DNA from: Patescibacteria group bacterium
Lineage (GTDB): Bacteria; Patescibacteriota; Patescibacteriia; Patescibacteriales; JAQTRU01
Length of the DNA stretch: 64,000 nucleotides
Direction: 5' to 3'
NCBI GenBank assembly: GCA_028716725.1
Contig: JAQUPG010000002.1
Coordinates: 25,824-89,823 of the forward strand
The position numbers and the translations under genes were made by a program. How positions within the stretch are numbered: the stretch's first letter is position 1; every line of letters begins with the position of its first letter. The notes under the pieces are model-generated. The model saw only the letters and a list, made by a program, of their open reading frames with translations. It had not been told where the DNA came from and searched no databases. Of the stretch, positions 27,200-37,747 are shown piece after piece.

Positions 27200-27970
27200 A
27201 TGGCAAAAATTTTTATGGTTCATGGGTTATCCGGCAATAAAGACGTCTGGGGAAAAATTATTTTTTCCTTTAAAAACCTCTTTGAATGTGTTGCCATTAC
27301 CCTTCCGAAGAGGAAAAAACTGACGGAAAAGCCCAGCCCCGGCTTAGGGGAAGTGGCTACATGGGATGACCTCGATTTTCTGCTTGAGGAAGTAGGCAAA
27401 ATCAAAGAGAGTCTGTCGCCGGGAGAACTTTTCATAGGCATGGGCCATTCCCGCGGCGCTCTCTTGATACTCAAACTCCAACAATTTTTTGCCGAAAAGG
27501 GAGAAAAACTCTTTGACAAGATTGTCCTGATAACTCCGGCCGCACCCAAGGGAATAAAAATAATCAGCTTGCCGGTCCTGATAAGCCTGGCCGGCATTAC
27601 TCCTAAATGGTGCTTCTGGAAAAGGCCGGTCCGACGCAGTTTTTCTTGCGCTGCCTATTCGGTTCTGGACGAAAGAATGCCGGAAAAAGACCAAAGAGCT
27701 ATCTTTGAAGGGTTTTCCTGGGAATCGGGCCAGGTGGTGGCCGAAACCCTAACTTCCCCGATAGAAATTGACCAGAAAAAAATAACCTGCCCGGTTCTGG
27801 TTATTGCCGGCTCAAGAGACAGAATGGTCCCTCCTGATAAGGTAAGGCAAATTGCCGCCTTATTTGAGAAAAGTCGTTATCGTGAAGTTGATGGCCCTCA
27901 TTTTCTTCTTAAAGGGCCTGCCCACATGCCCCTTTGCCTAATCATCCGTGATTGGATTTGGGAAAAATAA
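27200..27970 (+). CDS. alpha/beta-fold hydrolase
   Basis: GHSRG nucleophile elbow, a downstream Asp, and a His in the DGPHF-type motif. GC ~46%. Confidence 0.65.
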   Translation: MAKIFMVHGLSGNKDVWGKIIFSFKNLFECVAITLPKRKKLTEKPSPGLGEVATWDDLDFLLEEVGKIKESLSPGELFIGMGHSRGALLILKLQQFFAEKGEKLFDKIVLITPAAPKGIKIISLPVLISLAGITPKWCFWKRPVRRSFSCAAYSVLDERMPEKDQRAIFEGFSWESGQVVAETLTSPIEIDQKKITCPVLVIAGSRDRMVPPDKVRQIAALFEKSRYREVDGPHFLLKGPAHMPLCLIIRDWIWEK

Positions 27971-28032
27971 CACAGATAACAAAACCCCTCTCGCTTACCA
28001 ACGAGAGGGGAATTTTTTTATTTTAAATTTTT

Positions 28033-29199
28033 TTATTTTCTTATTTCATCCATTAACTCCATATAAAATTCCAAATTATTCAGACTCGCCAGTTTTGCTC
28101 CCAATGGCTCCCTTAATTTAAACAAGTGATGCAAATAAGCTTTGGAGTAATTGCGCAGTTCCGGCAGTTTGCTTTCCGAATTAATCGGACTAAAATCTCT
28201 AGCAAATTTAGCATTATTAATATTGACCGTCCGATAAAAATCTTTTGACATTTGCCTGCCCGCCGTAGCCTTGGCGAAGGCGGGGAATTTAGAATTTCTC
28301 TTCCAAAGGAAGAGTTTTCCATGCCTTCCTTCTCTTGTCGGAATTACGCAATCAAAAATATCCCAACCCATTTCTGCTGCCCGGACAATATCTTCCGGCA
28401 GGCCTATGCCCAGGCCAAAACGGATAGAATCTTTCGGGATTAAATCAGCCGTGAATTGCAAGACTTTTCCTAAAAACCTCCCGTCCTTATCAATTGGCCG
28501 GGCGCCGAAACCATAACCGTCAAACCCGATTTTTATCAATCCTTCCGCGCATTTTTTTCTTAAATCCAGTTCGGCTCCGCCCTGGATAACGCTAAAGAGT
28601 AACGGCCTCTCCCCTACTTTCATCTTCCTCCCCTTAACTTGCCTGTCATATTCCGCCCGGCACCTGGCGGCCCAGCTAATTGTGCGCTCTACTGATTTTT
28701 CTAAATCTTTTCGGCTAAATTCATTCGGCGGGCAATCATCCAAACAGACCATCATATCAACTCCTAAATCAAACTGGATTTGGATGGATTTTTCCGGAGT
28801 TAGCTCATGAGAAGAGCCGTCCAAAGGAGATTTAAAAATTACCCCCTTATCGCTTATCTTACCCATAGCCGGCTTCTTATGGACTAAGGAAAAAACCTGA
28901 AAGCCGCCACTGTCAGACAAAATCGGCCCGGACCAATTCATGAACTTATGGATGCCACCTTGCCTCGCCGAAGTACCACGAAGGCGGGTGGTTTTTTTTA
29001 TAATTTTCATCCCCGGCTGCAAATAAAGATGCAACGTGTTAACTACTAGGGCCTTAACCCCCATATTTTTTAGTTCTTCATTATCGGTAAGCTTAACAAA
29101 CCCCCTGGTCGCATCCGGCATAAAAAAAGGAGTCCTAATGCTCCCATGCGGTGTTTTTATTATTTTAGACTTTCCTCTTTTTATCCCCATTTCGTTCAT
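28033..29199 (-). CDS. tgt: queuine tRNA-ribosyltransferase
   Basis: TPHG..TP.FMP.AT N-terminus, the VMVCLDDC region and overall TGT length. Confidence 0.85.
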   Translation of the reverse strand: MNEMGIKRGKSKIIKTPHGSIRTPFFMPDATRGFVKLTDNEELKNMGVKALVVNTLHLYLQPGMKIIKKTTRLRGTSARQGGIHKFMNWSGPILSDSGGFQVFSLVHKKPAMGKISDKGVIFKSPLDGSSHELTPEKSIQIQFDLGVDMMVCLDDCPPNEFSRKDLEKSVERTISWAARCRAEYDRQVKGRKMKVGERPLLFSVIQGGAELDLRKKCAEGLIKIGFDGYGFGARPIDKDGRFLGKVLQFTADLIPKDSIRFGLGIGLPEDIVRAAEMGWDIFDCVIPTREGRHGKLFLWKRNSKFPAFAKATAGRQMSKDFYRTVNINNAKFARDFSPINSESKLPELRNYSKAYLHHLFKLREPLGAKLASLNNLEFYMELMDEIRK

Positions 29200-29204
29200 A
29201 ATAT

Positions 29205-29330
29205 ATAAATTACAAATCCAAAATTATAAATTACAAATAATTTCAAAACTCTAAATTCAAAACTGTTTTGGATTTATGATTTTGGTCATTGTAATTTATT
29301 TGGAATTTGTGATTTTGAATTTTGGATTTT
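29205..29330. repeat. AT-rich imperfect inverted repeat (aaatccaaaa ... ttttggattt) between tgt and the next gene
   Basis: Long imperfect AT-rich palindrome read directly. Confidence 0.3.
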
Positions 29331-29331
29331 T

Positions 29332-31329
29332 CTATTCTACCCGTCCATCGCTGCTCATCCCGGCAATATCGTCATCTTCCAGTTTTGTGGTCTTAGCTTT
29401 TGCCGTGGCCGTAATATTACCCTGCGTTTCATTATCAACCGCCGTCACGCGAGCCTCGGGCAGCAGGACCATAATTCTATTTTTATCAGAATCTGCCGGC
29501 GTAATGCTTATGTTAAATTCGGCATCAGCCCGATAAACCGTAATCGGCAGCCGGCCGATCTGCCAGGTAACTTTCCGGGAATCGCTGTCATAACTAACAA
29601 CGCCGACCGAAGCCCGGTTCTTATTATCCCAATTTACATCTTCCGGCAGGCTGACTTCCACTTTTGCGTCATTCAGCTCATGCAAATTATTGGCCAGCGT
29701 CCAATAAACTTTAAAGCTCGTTGTTTCCCCGACTTTGGGCGGAAGCGGCCCGTTGCCGACCGGCACGTTGTCAGCGCTGAAATATCTCACTTCTTCTTTT
29801 AAAGACAAATCGCTGTTGATTTTATTAATAATCGTATTGCTGCGGTTATCAAGGTTTTCTTTAAATTCTTCGCTATTGCCGATGCTGAACTGGACATAGC
29901 TCTTTATCTGAAAGCTCCGGCTCGCCTTGGCCGTCGCCTCCTCCAGGGAAACAATATCAACGGAAAAATCTATTACCCTTTCTTTATTCGGCTCTAACTC
30001 GGCCAAAGCCGGGATTTCTTCTTTTGTCCAGGTAAGGGAATTGCCTCTTTCCTGCCCGTTATTTTCTTCTTTCAAAGTTTTCCAATTAAGGAAATCACTT
30101 TCCAAAACCGCCATTAGCACCACGTCTTTCATGCTGGTTTCGCCTTTGTTATTATAAACAAGAGAATAATTAAGCCGGTCGCCGAAATTTACCGCCTGGT
30201 CGTTTTTTGAGCCGTTTATAATTAAAGTCAGATTTAAATCGCTTTTCATTACCTCAATTTTAATTTTCTTCTCCAGAAAAGAGCGGGTTTTATCGTCTTC
30301 CGCTAAATTCTCAAAGCGCATGATAATTTCCTGCTCATCCGCGATTTTTTTGCTTAATTTATATTTTATTTTAAATTCCTGTTCTTCCTTCCCGATCTCG
30401 CTTACGTTATAAACGCCGGGCCTGACTTTTTCTATTTTTAAGTTCTGGTCCGCCTTATTTTCTTTCGCTTCCACGGCGGCGACGGAAATAATTTCCATAT
30501 TCTCCAAAGGATCAACGGTTAATTTAAACTGAGGCAGAAAATTATTTTCCTTAAGCCTAACTTTCACGGCAATCTCGCTTTCCTGCCCGACCAAGACGGA
30601 CGAAGAATAATCAAAATTTATGTCCAGCCCTATGTCTTCAACGGAAAAAGTGTGCGAGGCCTCTTTTTTAAATTCCGAAGAAAAATTTTCCGGGGTATAA
30701 GTTATCTTCGCCAGCAATACATTGCTGGTCTCTTTCTGATTAACTATTTTCCCTTTTATCTTTATCTCGCCGCTTTCCCCGGTCGCCAGGGTGTCAAATT
30801 TCCAGACCGAATCTTTTTCCGACGCCTTAGGCTGGCTGTCTAAAAATATAAAATTATCCGGATAAGTAACTTCAACCCTAACTTGGTTGGCATTGGCCCG
30901 GCTTAAATTTTTATAAGTTAAGGTGCAGAAAAACTCCTCCCCGGCAATAACTTTTTCCGGAGCGGAAACGGATAAATCCAAAGCGGTGGCGTCAGAACCG
31001 CCGCGAAAAATATAATAATAAAACCCGTAACCCAAGCCGGCGAAAATCGCCAGTAAAAATATAAGATTAAGCATCTTAAAGAAAAACCCGCGCTTCTTTT
31101 TTATGTTGAGCTTCATAACATCCACGATATCGCCCTTTTCGTCCTGATAAATTTCCGACAAACTCTCGTCAATTTCTCCTTCCCGCGCCTCTTCATGAAC
31201 CGCTTCTTCAAACTCTTCAATTTCATCGTCAGTCGGCAAAGGCCGTTTTACAAATTCCGACAAGCCGGAATTGCCGTTCCTTACTTTTATTTTTCCGTTA
31301 AAACCGTTATTTTTGTTTATGTTTGGCAT
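29332..31329 (-). CDS. hypothetical single-pass membrane protein with a large extracytoplasmic beta-rich region
   Basis: 665 aa. Acidic cytoplasmic N-terminus, one TM (LIFLLAIFAGLGYGFYYYIF), then repeated beta-type segments. Confidence 0.45.
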   Translation of the reverse strand: MPNINKNNGFNGKIKVRNGNSGLSEFVKRPLPTDDEIEEFEEAVHEEAREGEIDESLSEIYQDEKGDIVDVMKLNIKKKRGFFFKMLNLIFLLAIFAGLGYGFYYYIFRGGSDATALDLSVSAPEKVIAGEEFFCTLTYKNLSRANANQVRVEVTYPDNFIFLDSQPKASEKDSVWKFDTLATGESGEIKIKGKIVNQKETSNVLLAKITYTPENFSSEFKKEASHTFSVEDIGLDINFDYSSSVLVGQESEIAVKVRLKENNFLPQFKLTVDPLENMEIISVAAVEAKENKADQNLKIEKVRPGVYNVSEIGKEEQEFKIKYKLSKKIADEQEIIMRFENLAEDDKTRSFLEKKIKIEVMKSDLNLTLIINGSKNDQAVNFGDRLNYSLVYNNKGETSMKDVVLMAVLESDFLNWKTLKEENNGQERGNSLTWTKEEIPALAELEPNKERVIDFSVDIVSLEEATAKASRSFQIKSYVQFSIGNSEEFKENLDNRSNTIINKINSDLSLKEEVRYFSADNVPVGNGPLPPKVGETTSFKVYWTLANNLHELNDAKVEVSLPEDVNWDNKNRASVGVVSYDSDSRKVTWQIGRLPITVYRADAEFNISITPADSDKNRIMVLLPEARVTAVDNETQGNITATAKAKTTKLEDDDIAGMSSDGRVE

Positions 31330-31364
31330 AATAATATAAAAATTTAAAATATCATCTTTTTATA

Positions 31365-31459
31365 CCCTCCTTCTAAAGGAGGGTAGGGGGTTAATAAAGC
31401 GAACGATTATTTTTCACTTCTTTAAAACCCCCTTAATCCCCCTTTACAAGGGGGACAAT
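31365..31459. repeat. two GC-rich hairpin repeats (ccctccttctaaaggagggtaggggg and cccccttaatccccctttacaagggggacaat)
   Basis: Each has a near-identical second copy elsewhere (54305..54338 and 62301..62335). Confidence 0.55.
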
Positions 31460-31488
31460 TTATTATTGTCATTTTTATTTTTGATTTT

Positions 31489-34452
31489 TTAATTTTGATT
31501 TTCTAACATCACCGCCCAATACTTATCAATATCTAATTTATCACTTACATACCAGCCTGCCTGCGCAGACAGGCCATTGGGCATTAAAGGCAGACTGGCC
31601 GGGTATTTCCAGACTATTTTAAAATTATCAGGCAATTTTAAGCTGGTATTAATCTCACTTCCCAAAGAGCCCGCCTGCTTTTGCGCAAATAAAGTATAGG
31701 GCATAAGCTGTTTTTGCCCCGGGTTAAGAAGCGCTTTTATTTTATCAATAAAACCATCTCCCCTTTCTTCTTCTTTTAAAATAAACGGTAGTTTGTATTT
31801 TAAATAAATCGTGGCGGTTTTTCCCGGGTCAACCATCGACCAATTGGCAAAAACGGTTTTCCCGCTCTCGCCGTATATTTTCGTGCCGCTCGCTTCGTCG
31901 GTCTTAGCGGTTGTTTCTTCCTGGTAAACCAAGGGGTCTTTCGCCCATCCATCTTCCGGTTCCTCAAAATAAATCGGGTCAGGCTGGCTAAAGCCCTGGG
32001 CTTCTAAAAGCTCACTTCCCAAAGGGACATAAACTCTTAGCCAGTCTACATTCCTTACCCCGGCGAAGGGCTCATTTTTTATCCCTTCGTGGCTTCTTTC
32101 TATTTTTAAAGTATTGATTACGGAGCCGTTGGGCATAATTTCCGTTACCAAATTTATTTTCTCTTTTATCCTTTTGTCGCTCTTGCCGCCGGCAATATTG
32201 GTATTAATAACCGACAAATAATCTTTCCCTGTTTCCCTGATTTTTCCGTCCCAGCCCCGGGCTTCTATTTCTTTCTGCAGCTCCTCGTCGGTAAAATAAA
32301 ATAAGATATGTTTTTCTTCCAAACTTTCCTGCGCCAGAGCCAAAAGTTTTATTAGCTTGTCCTTATTTAAGTCGGAAGGCAAATCTCCAATAATTTTATC
32401 AAGCAAATCTCCGATAATTTTTTTCGGCTGGTTGGCTTCTCCGGCGGTGGGCTTGGCTTCAACGATCGTCTGGGTCGTAAGCCAAAAATTTTCCGCGGTT
32501 AAAGTCACGCCGTAATCGGCCGTCATATCAATCGGGCCGGTTATGGCCAGCAGTTTCTCTAAGACCGTCGGCGTAAAACTGATAACGCCGTCAACCGTCG
32601 GCCCGTCGCTTTTTTCATAAAACCACATCAATTCTTTGGCCGAGGTCGGCCAATCCGGCCACCAATTGGCATCCCAAAAATGCCACAAAGGGTTAACCAG
32701 ATGCAAAGGTCCCGGCGCCGTTACTAATTCCTTAAGGCCCCCTTCCGTATCGTAGCTGCCTCCGCCCGGCGCTTCTATATTTTTTATTTTCCCGCCGGCC
32801 ATGTCAACCAGGGCGAAACTTCCGATAAAGCCGCCCGAAGCTCTCATTTCCGCGTTGTTCTGGAAAACCAACAAATACCGCTTATCCTGGTTGGTTCCCA
32901 AAAAAGTTCCCAGCTTGTCCATTAAACCAACAAATTCCGCCAGCCCTTTTTCTAAAATTTCTGTCTTTTCCTGTAAAAATAAAAATTTATCTTTATACTC
33001 ATCGGGCAGGGCGTTTATATCAATTTCTTTCAATTTATTGTTTAAATCGGCGGCTTCGTCGGCGGTTATCTTCCCATACTTAATAAAGCTGTTTATCATC
33101 TCTGGAATATCCGTACCTTTATTCTCAAACAGGCTTTGCATCGCCAAGCTCAAATTTCCGCCCAAACTTGAAGTGACCTGCCCGGCGTCTAAAATTTTCT
33201 TGCTCTCTCCCGCTAATTTTATTCCCCCTCCGGGCGCTAAAGAAGCCAAAGAAAAAAACACATCATTTATTTCCGCTACCTGCTTTTGCGCCTCTAAAAA
33301 ATTTTCGCCGGCTTTGGAAAAATTATCGCTGGCCTCGCCGAAATTAAGCTGGGCGGCCGACTGCGAAGCCGTGGATAAGTCGCCCAGAGCGGCTTCAGAC
33401 GCGCCCAATATTTTGCCTTTGAGTTTGTCCAGATCAAGAGATTTATAATAAGCAAAAATTTTAAAAGGCAAAACTAAAATTAATAGAACTAAAGCAAAGC
33501 CCAAAACCGAACGCCTCCAGGTAAATTTTGCTTTCACCCCGTTAGAAGAAGGCAATTCTCTAACAGGGCCTATTGGCATCTCTGCTTTTTTTTCTTTATA
33601 ATTATTTTCCAGCCGCTGGCTAATTACCGCCTTCTCCCTCCTTATGCTTTCCGCCATGATCCCCGCTTTTACCCCGTTAGAAAAGAGCCTTTGATAAAAT
33701 CGGAAGTATAATTCTTTCACTGTCTGCGGCTTATAGCCACCGAAAAGAGGCACATTTCTAATGGGGTTTTCCAGCGACCCGTTCCACCCTATTTTTAAAT
33801 TCTTTGATGATAAAAGGATAAATTTTCTTATTGCCTCAAAAATATCTTTAACAAAATCCCTGAAATTTACATACAAAAATTGGCTGATAAACTTAAGGCC
33901 TAAACAAAATTTATAGACAGCTAAACAGGCTAAACCGGCAAGTTCATAAAGAACAAGGCCAAAAAACCGGATTAAAAATAAAACCAGCCAGCCAAGGCGA
34001 TAGCAAAATTTGTAAAAACTTTCAATTATTTTAAAAAGAATGGCGAGAATAAATTTAATTAAACTAAAAAAGGCCAGCTGTTTTAATTTCGGGCTGTAAA
34101 TATCAAGCCATTCAAACGCTAACTTAGAGCCGGCGATTAAAGACTCTTTTGTTTCCGGAGGCATTTTACTGACCGCCAATAATTTCCCGGCGCCGGTAGC
34201 AATATTGGCTTTATCCTGGCGGCAGCTATTAAAAAAATCAGAAAAATCTTTCTTTAAGCTCCTGCCCTTTTCAAAAAACTCCTTAAAATCAAACTCCTCC
34301 AGTTTTGTAAAAAAATCGCTGGAATAAATTTCTTTCTTCTCTTTATTACCTGATTCTTCCTCTTCGGCCGCCTTTTTTAAATCAACCACAAAACGGGAAG
34401 ACCGGTCTTCCTTTTTGACTGATAAAATGTTTTGTTTTTCGTCTCTGGGCAT
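31489..34452 (-). CDS. large hypothetical membrane protein (multi-TM N-terminal third, ~650-aa extracytoplasmic domain)
   Basis: 987 aa. TM cluster at residues ~110-200 plus one at ~300. No catalytic motif recognised. Confidence 0.45.
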   Translation of the reverse strand: MPRDEKQNILSVKKEDRSSRFVVDLKKAAEEEESGNKEKKEIYSSDFFTKLEEFDFKEFFEKGRSLKKDFSDFFNSCRQDKANIATGAGKLLAVSKMPPETKESLIAGSKLAFEWLDIYSPKLKQLAFFSLIKFILAILFKIIESFYKFCYRLGWLVLFLIRFFGLVLYELAGLACLAVYKFCLGLKFISQFLYVNFRDFVKDIFEAIRKFILLSSKNLKIGWNGSLENPIRNVPLFGGYKPQTVKELYFRFYQRLFSNGVKAGIMAESIRREKAVISQRLENNYKEKKAEMPIGPVRELPSSNGVKAKFTWRRSVLGFALVLLILVLPFKIFAYYKSLDLDKLKGKILGASEAALGDLSTASQSAAQLNFGEASDNFSKAGENFLEAQKQVAEINDVFFSLASLAPGGGIKLAGESKKILDAGQVTSSLGGNLSLAMQSLFENKGTDIPEMINSFIKYGKITADEAADLNNKLKEIDINALPDEYKDKFLFLQEKTEILEKGLAEFVGLMDKLGTFLGTNQDKRYLLVFQNNAEMRASGGFIGSFALVDMAGGKIKNIEAPGGGSYDTEGGLKELVTAPGPLHLVNPLWHFWDANWWPDWPTSAKELMWFYEKSDGPTVDGVISFTPTVLEKLLAITGPIDMTADYGVTLTAENFWLTTQTIVEAKPTAGEANQPKKIIGDLLDKIIGDLPSDLNKDKLIKLLALAQESLEEKHILFYFTDEELQKEIEARGWDGKIRETGKDYLSVINTNIAGGKSDKRIKEKINLVTEIMPNGSVINTLKIERSHEGIKNEPFAGVRNVDWLRVYVPLGSELLEAQGFSQPDPIYFEEPEDGWAKDPLVYQEETTAKTDEASGTKIYGESGKTVFANWSMVDPGKTATIYLKYKLPFILKEEERGDGFIDKIKALLNPGQKQLMPYTLFAQKQAGSLGSEINTSLKLPDNFKIVWKYPASLPLMPNGLSAQAGWYVSDKLDIDKYWAVMLENQN

Positions 34453-34460
34453 TTTTATTT

Positions 34461-35645
34461 TTAATTTTTAAAAACCTTTTCATAAACCCCCAAAGTCTCC
34501 TTTGCGCATTTCTCCCAACTATATTTCTTTACTTGCTCATAGCCCTTTTTTACTAATTCCTGCCGCAAATTTTTATCCTCTATAATTTTCTCAATTTGTT
34601 TTATCATCTCTCCTTCATCTTCCGGGTTAAAATAAATCGCCGCTTGGCCTAAAATTTCCGGCAAACTGGATTTATTGGAACTTATAACCGGACAGCCGCA
34701 AGCCATGGCTTCCAAGGGCGGCAAACCAAAACCCTCATAAAAGGAAGGAAAAACATAAGCTAAGGCCTGGCTGTACAAAATTTTTAAGTTTTCATCAGGC
34801 ACAAAGCCGGGAAAAATCACCGGACTTTCTTTGTCCCAATATTTTCTAGAAAATTCCTCTACCCGTTTATAAAAATAATCCTGCCTGCCCACTAAAACTA
34901 AACTTAAATCAGGCCTTTTTCCGTGGATAACGGAAAAAACCTTAACCAACCCTTCTAAATTCTTGTGGGGGTAAGCATTGCCCACATAAAGTAAGAAGGG
35001 GCTGCCTATATTATAACCCAAAAAAGTTTCTTTGTCATGGGAAAAATCACTTAATTTCTTATTGAGCAAACCGGAAACCCCTTCATAAGTAACCACCACT
35101 TTGCCCGGCTTGATTTTAAACTGCCTGGCAATATCATCTTTAGTGAATTGCGAAACGGCAATAACGGCCCTCGCTCTTCTTACGGCCAGCCAGATAACGA
35201 TCCGATAAATCCTATTTTTCAATTTATAAAAAAGCGGGCTTAAAGTCGTGGCCCGGATTGTCGGGAATTTAGTTAAAATTAAATCATGGATAGTAACGAC
35301 AAATTTAACCGGCGTTAAAATCGGCACGTTAAAATGGGGAAAATGCATTAAATCCAAACGCGCTTGCCAGATTAAATAAGGCATAATAATCTGCTCGGCC
35401 AAAGTATACCAGTGCACGTCGGCCAAAACCTTTTTTACTTTCGGATTATTGGGAATAAACTCATCAAAATTTTCCTTGCTTAAAAAAACTATATATTCAT
35501 TTTCCTTGTCTAAAACCACTACCCTGTCCACAACCTCTTTTGTATACCGGCCCAAGCCCTTGCCAATCGGGCCATAAAAACGGGCGTCAATCCCAATGCG
35601 CTTTATTTTTCCTTTATTTTTTCGCATATCTATATTATAGCACAA
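34461..35645 (-). CDS. glycosyltransferase family 4
   Basis: EGFGLPPLEAMACGCPVIS motif. Confidence 0.8.
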   Translation of the reverse strand: MCYNIDMRKNKGKIKRIGIDARFYGPIGKGLGRYTKEVVDRVVVLDKENEYIVFLSKENFDEFIPNNPKVKKVLADVHWYTLAEQIIMPYLIWQARLDLMHFPHFNVPILTPVKFVVTIHDLILTKFPTIRATTLSPLFYKLKNRIYRIVIWLAVRRARAVIAVSQFTKDDIARQFKIKPGKVVVTYEGVSGLLNKKLSDFSHDKETFLGYNIGSPFLLYVGNAYPHKNLEGLVKVFSVIHGKRPDLSLVLVGRQDYFYKRVEEFSRKYWDKESPVIFPGFVPDENLKILYSQALAYVFPSFYEGFGLPPLEAMACGCPVISSNKSSLPEILGQAAIYFNPEDEGEMIKQIEKIIEDKNLRQELVKKGYEQVKKYSWEKCAKETLGVYEKVFKN

Positions 35646-35721
35646 AATAAAATGAATGCTCTCTTATTTGAACATTCATTTTTTACTAAATATATACAAA
35701 TAAATATCCTTAAAAATCACC

Positions 35722-35872
35722 AAGGGGTTCGGGGGCCAAACCCCGCAATACTGGGGGGCAGGCTGAGCTAAGAATTGCTTGCCCGCCGAAGCTTTAGCGG
35801 AGGCGGGAGGCCCCCGAAACTTCCTGCCTGCCGGCAGGCAGGTTGCTTACTTTTGGTTACAAAAGTAAGTCC
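35722..35872. repeat. composite GC-rich structured element (gttcgggggcc ... ggcccccgaaac outer stem, the 24-mer palindrome, and a cttacttttg/caaaagtaag hairpin)
   Basis: Intergenic between parB and the GT4 gene. Shares the 24-mer exactly with 26994..27017. Confidence 0.5.
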
Positions 35873-35886
35873 AAGCGAAGCATTTT

Positions 35887-36765
35887 TTATTTTACTTTGT
35901 TCATAATATTCTCCAACTCTTCATCGCTAAAAAAACTGACCACAACCAGCCCGCCCTTTCCTTTTCGCTTAATTTCCACTTTCGTGCCGAAAAATTCCCG
36001 CAAGGAAAATTCCCGGTCTTTATCCGCGTAATCAATCTTAACCCGCGCCTGTTTTGTCCCGCCCATCTTTTTCGCTTCGCTGTCCGTATCCCGAACCGTT
36101 AAATTATGGCGAAGTATTTTTTTAAACAAAGCCAACTGCTTGGCCTGGCCGTCAAGGCCCATTAAATATTTGGCATGCCCTTCGCTGATTTTTCCTTCCA
36201 CTAAAGCCTGCTGGATTTCTTCCGGCAGATTAAGAAAGCGCAGGCAATTGGATATGGCCGACCTGGACTTCCCCACCCTTTTCGCCACTTCTTCCTGCGT
36301 CAGGTTAAATTCATCCGCTAATTTTTTATAAGCCAAAGCCGCCTCAATCGGATTTAAGTCTTCCCTTTGCAGGTTTTCCACTAAAGCCATTTCCAGTTTT
36401 CTCTGGCTAGAAGCGTCGCGGACAATAACCGGAACTTTTGTTAAGCCCACTTGTTTGGCCGCCCGAAGGCGCCTTTCCCCGGCAATAAGCTCGTATTTAT
36501 CGCCGGCTCTGGTAACTATCAAGGGCTGAATAATGCCATATTCTTTTATTGATTCAACCAATTCGTCCATATTAAAATCACTGAATTGGCTTCGCGGCTG
36601 CATCGGATTAACCTCAATCCTGCCCGGGTCTACCTCCAGCACCTTGCCCCGGTCGTCTTCGGAAGTAACATCAACCACGCTTATTCCCTCCTCGGGCAAA
36701 GCGTCTATTTTTTTTATTTTTTGCGGTATCAGGGAACCAAGCCCCCGTCCAAGTCCGTTAGGCAT
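35887..36765 (-). CDS. parB: chromosome partitioning protein ParB
   Basis: GLGRGLGSLIP box, ParB HTH and the C-terminal dimerisation region. Confidence 0.9.
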   Translation of the reverse strand: MPNGLGRGLGSLIPQKIKKIDALPEEGISVVDVTSEDDRGKVLEVDPGRIEVNPMQPRSQFSDFNMDELVESIKEYGIIQPLIVTRAGDKYELIAGERRLRAAKQVGLTKVPVIVRDASSQRKLEMALVENLQREDLNPIEAALAYKKLADEFNLTQEEVAKRVGKSRSAISNCLRFLNLPEEIQQALVEGKISEGHAKYLMGLDGQAKQLALFKKILRHNLTVRDTDSEAKKMGGTKQARVKIDYADKDREFSLREFFGTKVEIKRKGKGGLVVVSFFSDEELENIMNKVK

Positions 36766-36777
36766 AGAAATAATTTA

Positions 36778-36900
36778 AAATTTAAAAATCAAAATGTAAA
36801 ATTAAGGTATCGCGCTGCGCTCGCCTCGCTGAAGCTTCGGCGAAGCGGGCGCGATGAATTTTTAATTTTAAATTGTCATTTTGATTTTTGATTTTTACAT
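36778..36900. repeat. GC-rich hairpin (36808..36854, centred on gaagcttc) flanked by AT-rich inverted arms, in the parA-parB spacer
   Basis: atcgcgc...gcgcgat outer stem. The arms share aaaaatcaaaatg. It shares GCCTCGCTGAAG / CGAAGCGGG motifs with other GC elements. Confidence 0.45.
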
Positions 36901-36902
36901 TT

Positions 36903-37667
36903 TTAATTTTCTAAATCTATTACTTCCCTCGCCAGCCGTTCATACGCTTTTCCGCCCCGCGACCCCGGGTCATAATGGAGGATTGAGCGGCCATAGCTCG
37001 GAGCCTCCGCCAATTTTACGCTTCGGGGAATTACCGAGCGGAAAACCCGATTAGGAAAATACTGGTATAACTCATGCATAACCGAAGAAGCTAAACGGTT
37101 TCTTCCGTCATACATGGTAATCACCGCTCCCATAATCCCCAGCTCCGGCTTTAAATTATTCTGCACCAAACCGATAGTTTCCAATAACTGCCCCACGCCT
37201 TCCAAGGCGTAATATTCGCTTTGGATTGGAATTAAAATTTCATCCGCCGCCACTAAGCTATTTATGGTTAAAAGGCCCAAAGAAGGCGGACCGTCAATTA
37301 TAATATAATCATATTCATCCTTTATATTTTCAAGAATTCGGGCCAGCCGATATTCCCGGTTTTCCATATTGACTAATTCTACCCCGGCTCCGGCTAAAGC
37401 TATGGTAGAAGGCGCGATTTTATACCCCTCCTGCAAAGTTCTCTTGGTAATTTCAAATATCGGTTTAGCCCCGATTATGGCTTCATAAATTCCGCTTTCC
37501 AAATTTTTATGGTCAATGCCCAAGCCGGAAGTGGCGTTAGCCTGCGGATCAATATCCACTAGCAAAACCTGCTTACCTAAAGCCGCCAGATAAGCGCCCA
37601 AATTCACGGCTGTCGTTGTCTTCCCTACCCCGCCTTTTTGGTTAACAATGGATATAATTTTTCCCAT
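36903..37667 (-). CDS. parA: chromosome partitioning ATPase ParA/Soj
   Basis: MGKIISIVNQKGGVGKTTTAVNLGA Walker A. Start placed at the internal Met (track start 37706). Confidence 0.9.
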   Translation of the reverse strand: MGKIISIVNQKGGVGKTTTAVNLGAYLAALGKQVLLVDIDPQANATSGLGIDHKNLESGIYEAIIGAKPIFEITKRTLQEGYKIAPSTIALAGAGVELVNMENREYRLARILENIKDEYDYIIIDGPPSLGLLTINSLVAADEILIPIQSEYYALEGVGQLLETIGLVQNNLKPELGIMGAVITMYDGRNRLASSVMHELYQYFPNRVFRSVIPRSVKLAEAPSYGRSILHYDPGSRGGKAYERLAREVIDLEN

Positions 37668-37698
37668 ACGTACTAATATTATATATGAAAAAAAATTC

Positions 37699-37728
37699 TT
37701 TGACAATTTTTCTTACTTTCATTATACT
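37699..37728 (+). promoter_or_regulatory. consensus sigma-70-type promoter (TTGACA-18-TATACT) reading into the GC-rich element and tRNA-Leu
   Basis: Exact -35 and near-exact -10 hexamers with 18-nt spacing, read directly. Confidence 0.5.
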
Positions 37729-37747
37729 AAAAGCAGTTTCAAAAATA

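Noticed and set aside
35887-37706. Chromosomal origin (oriC) at the parAB locus
   Set aside because: No DnaA-box cluster in the flanking spacers, no dnaA, dnaN or gidAB nearby, and gene orientation does not switch across the locus (minus-strand genes on both sides).
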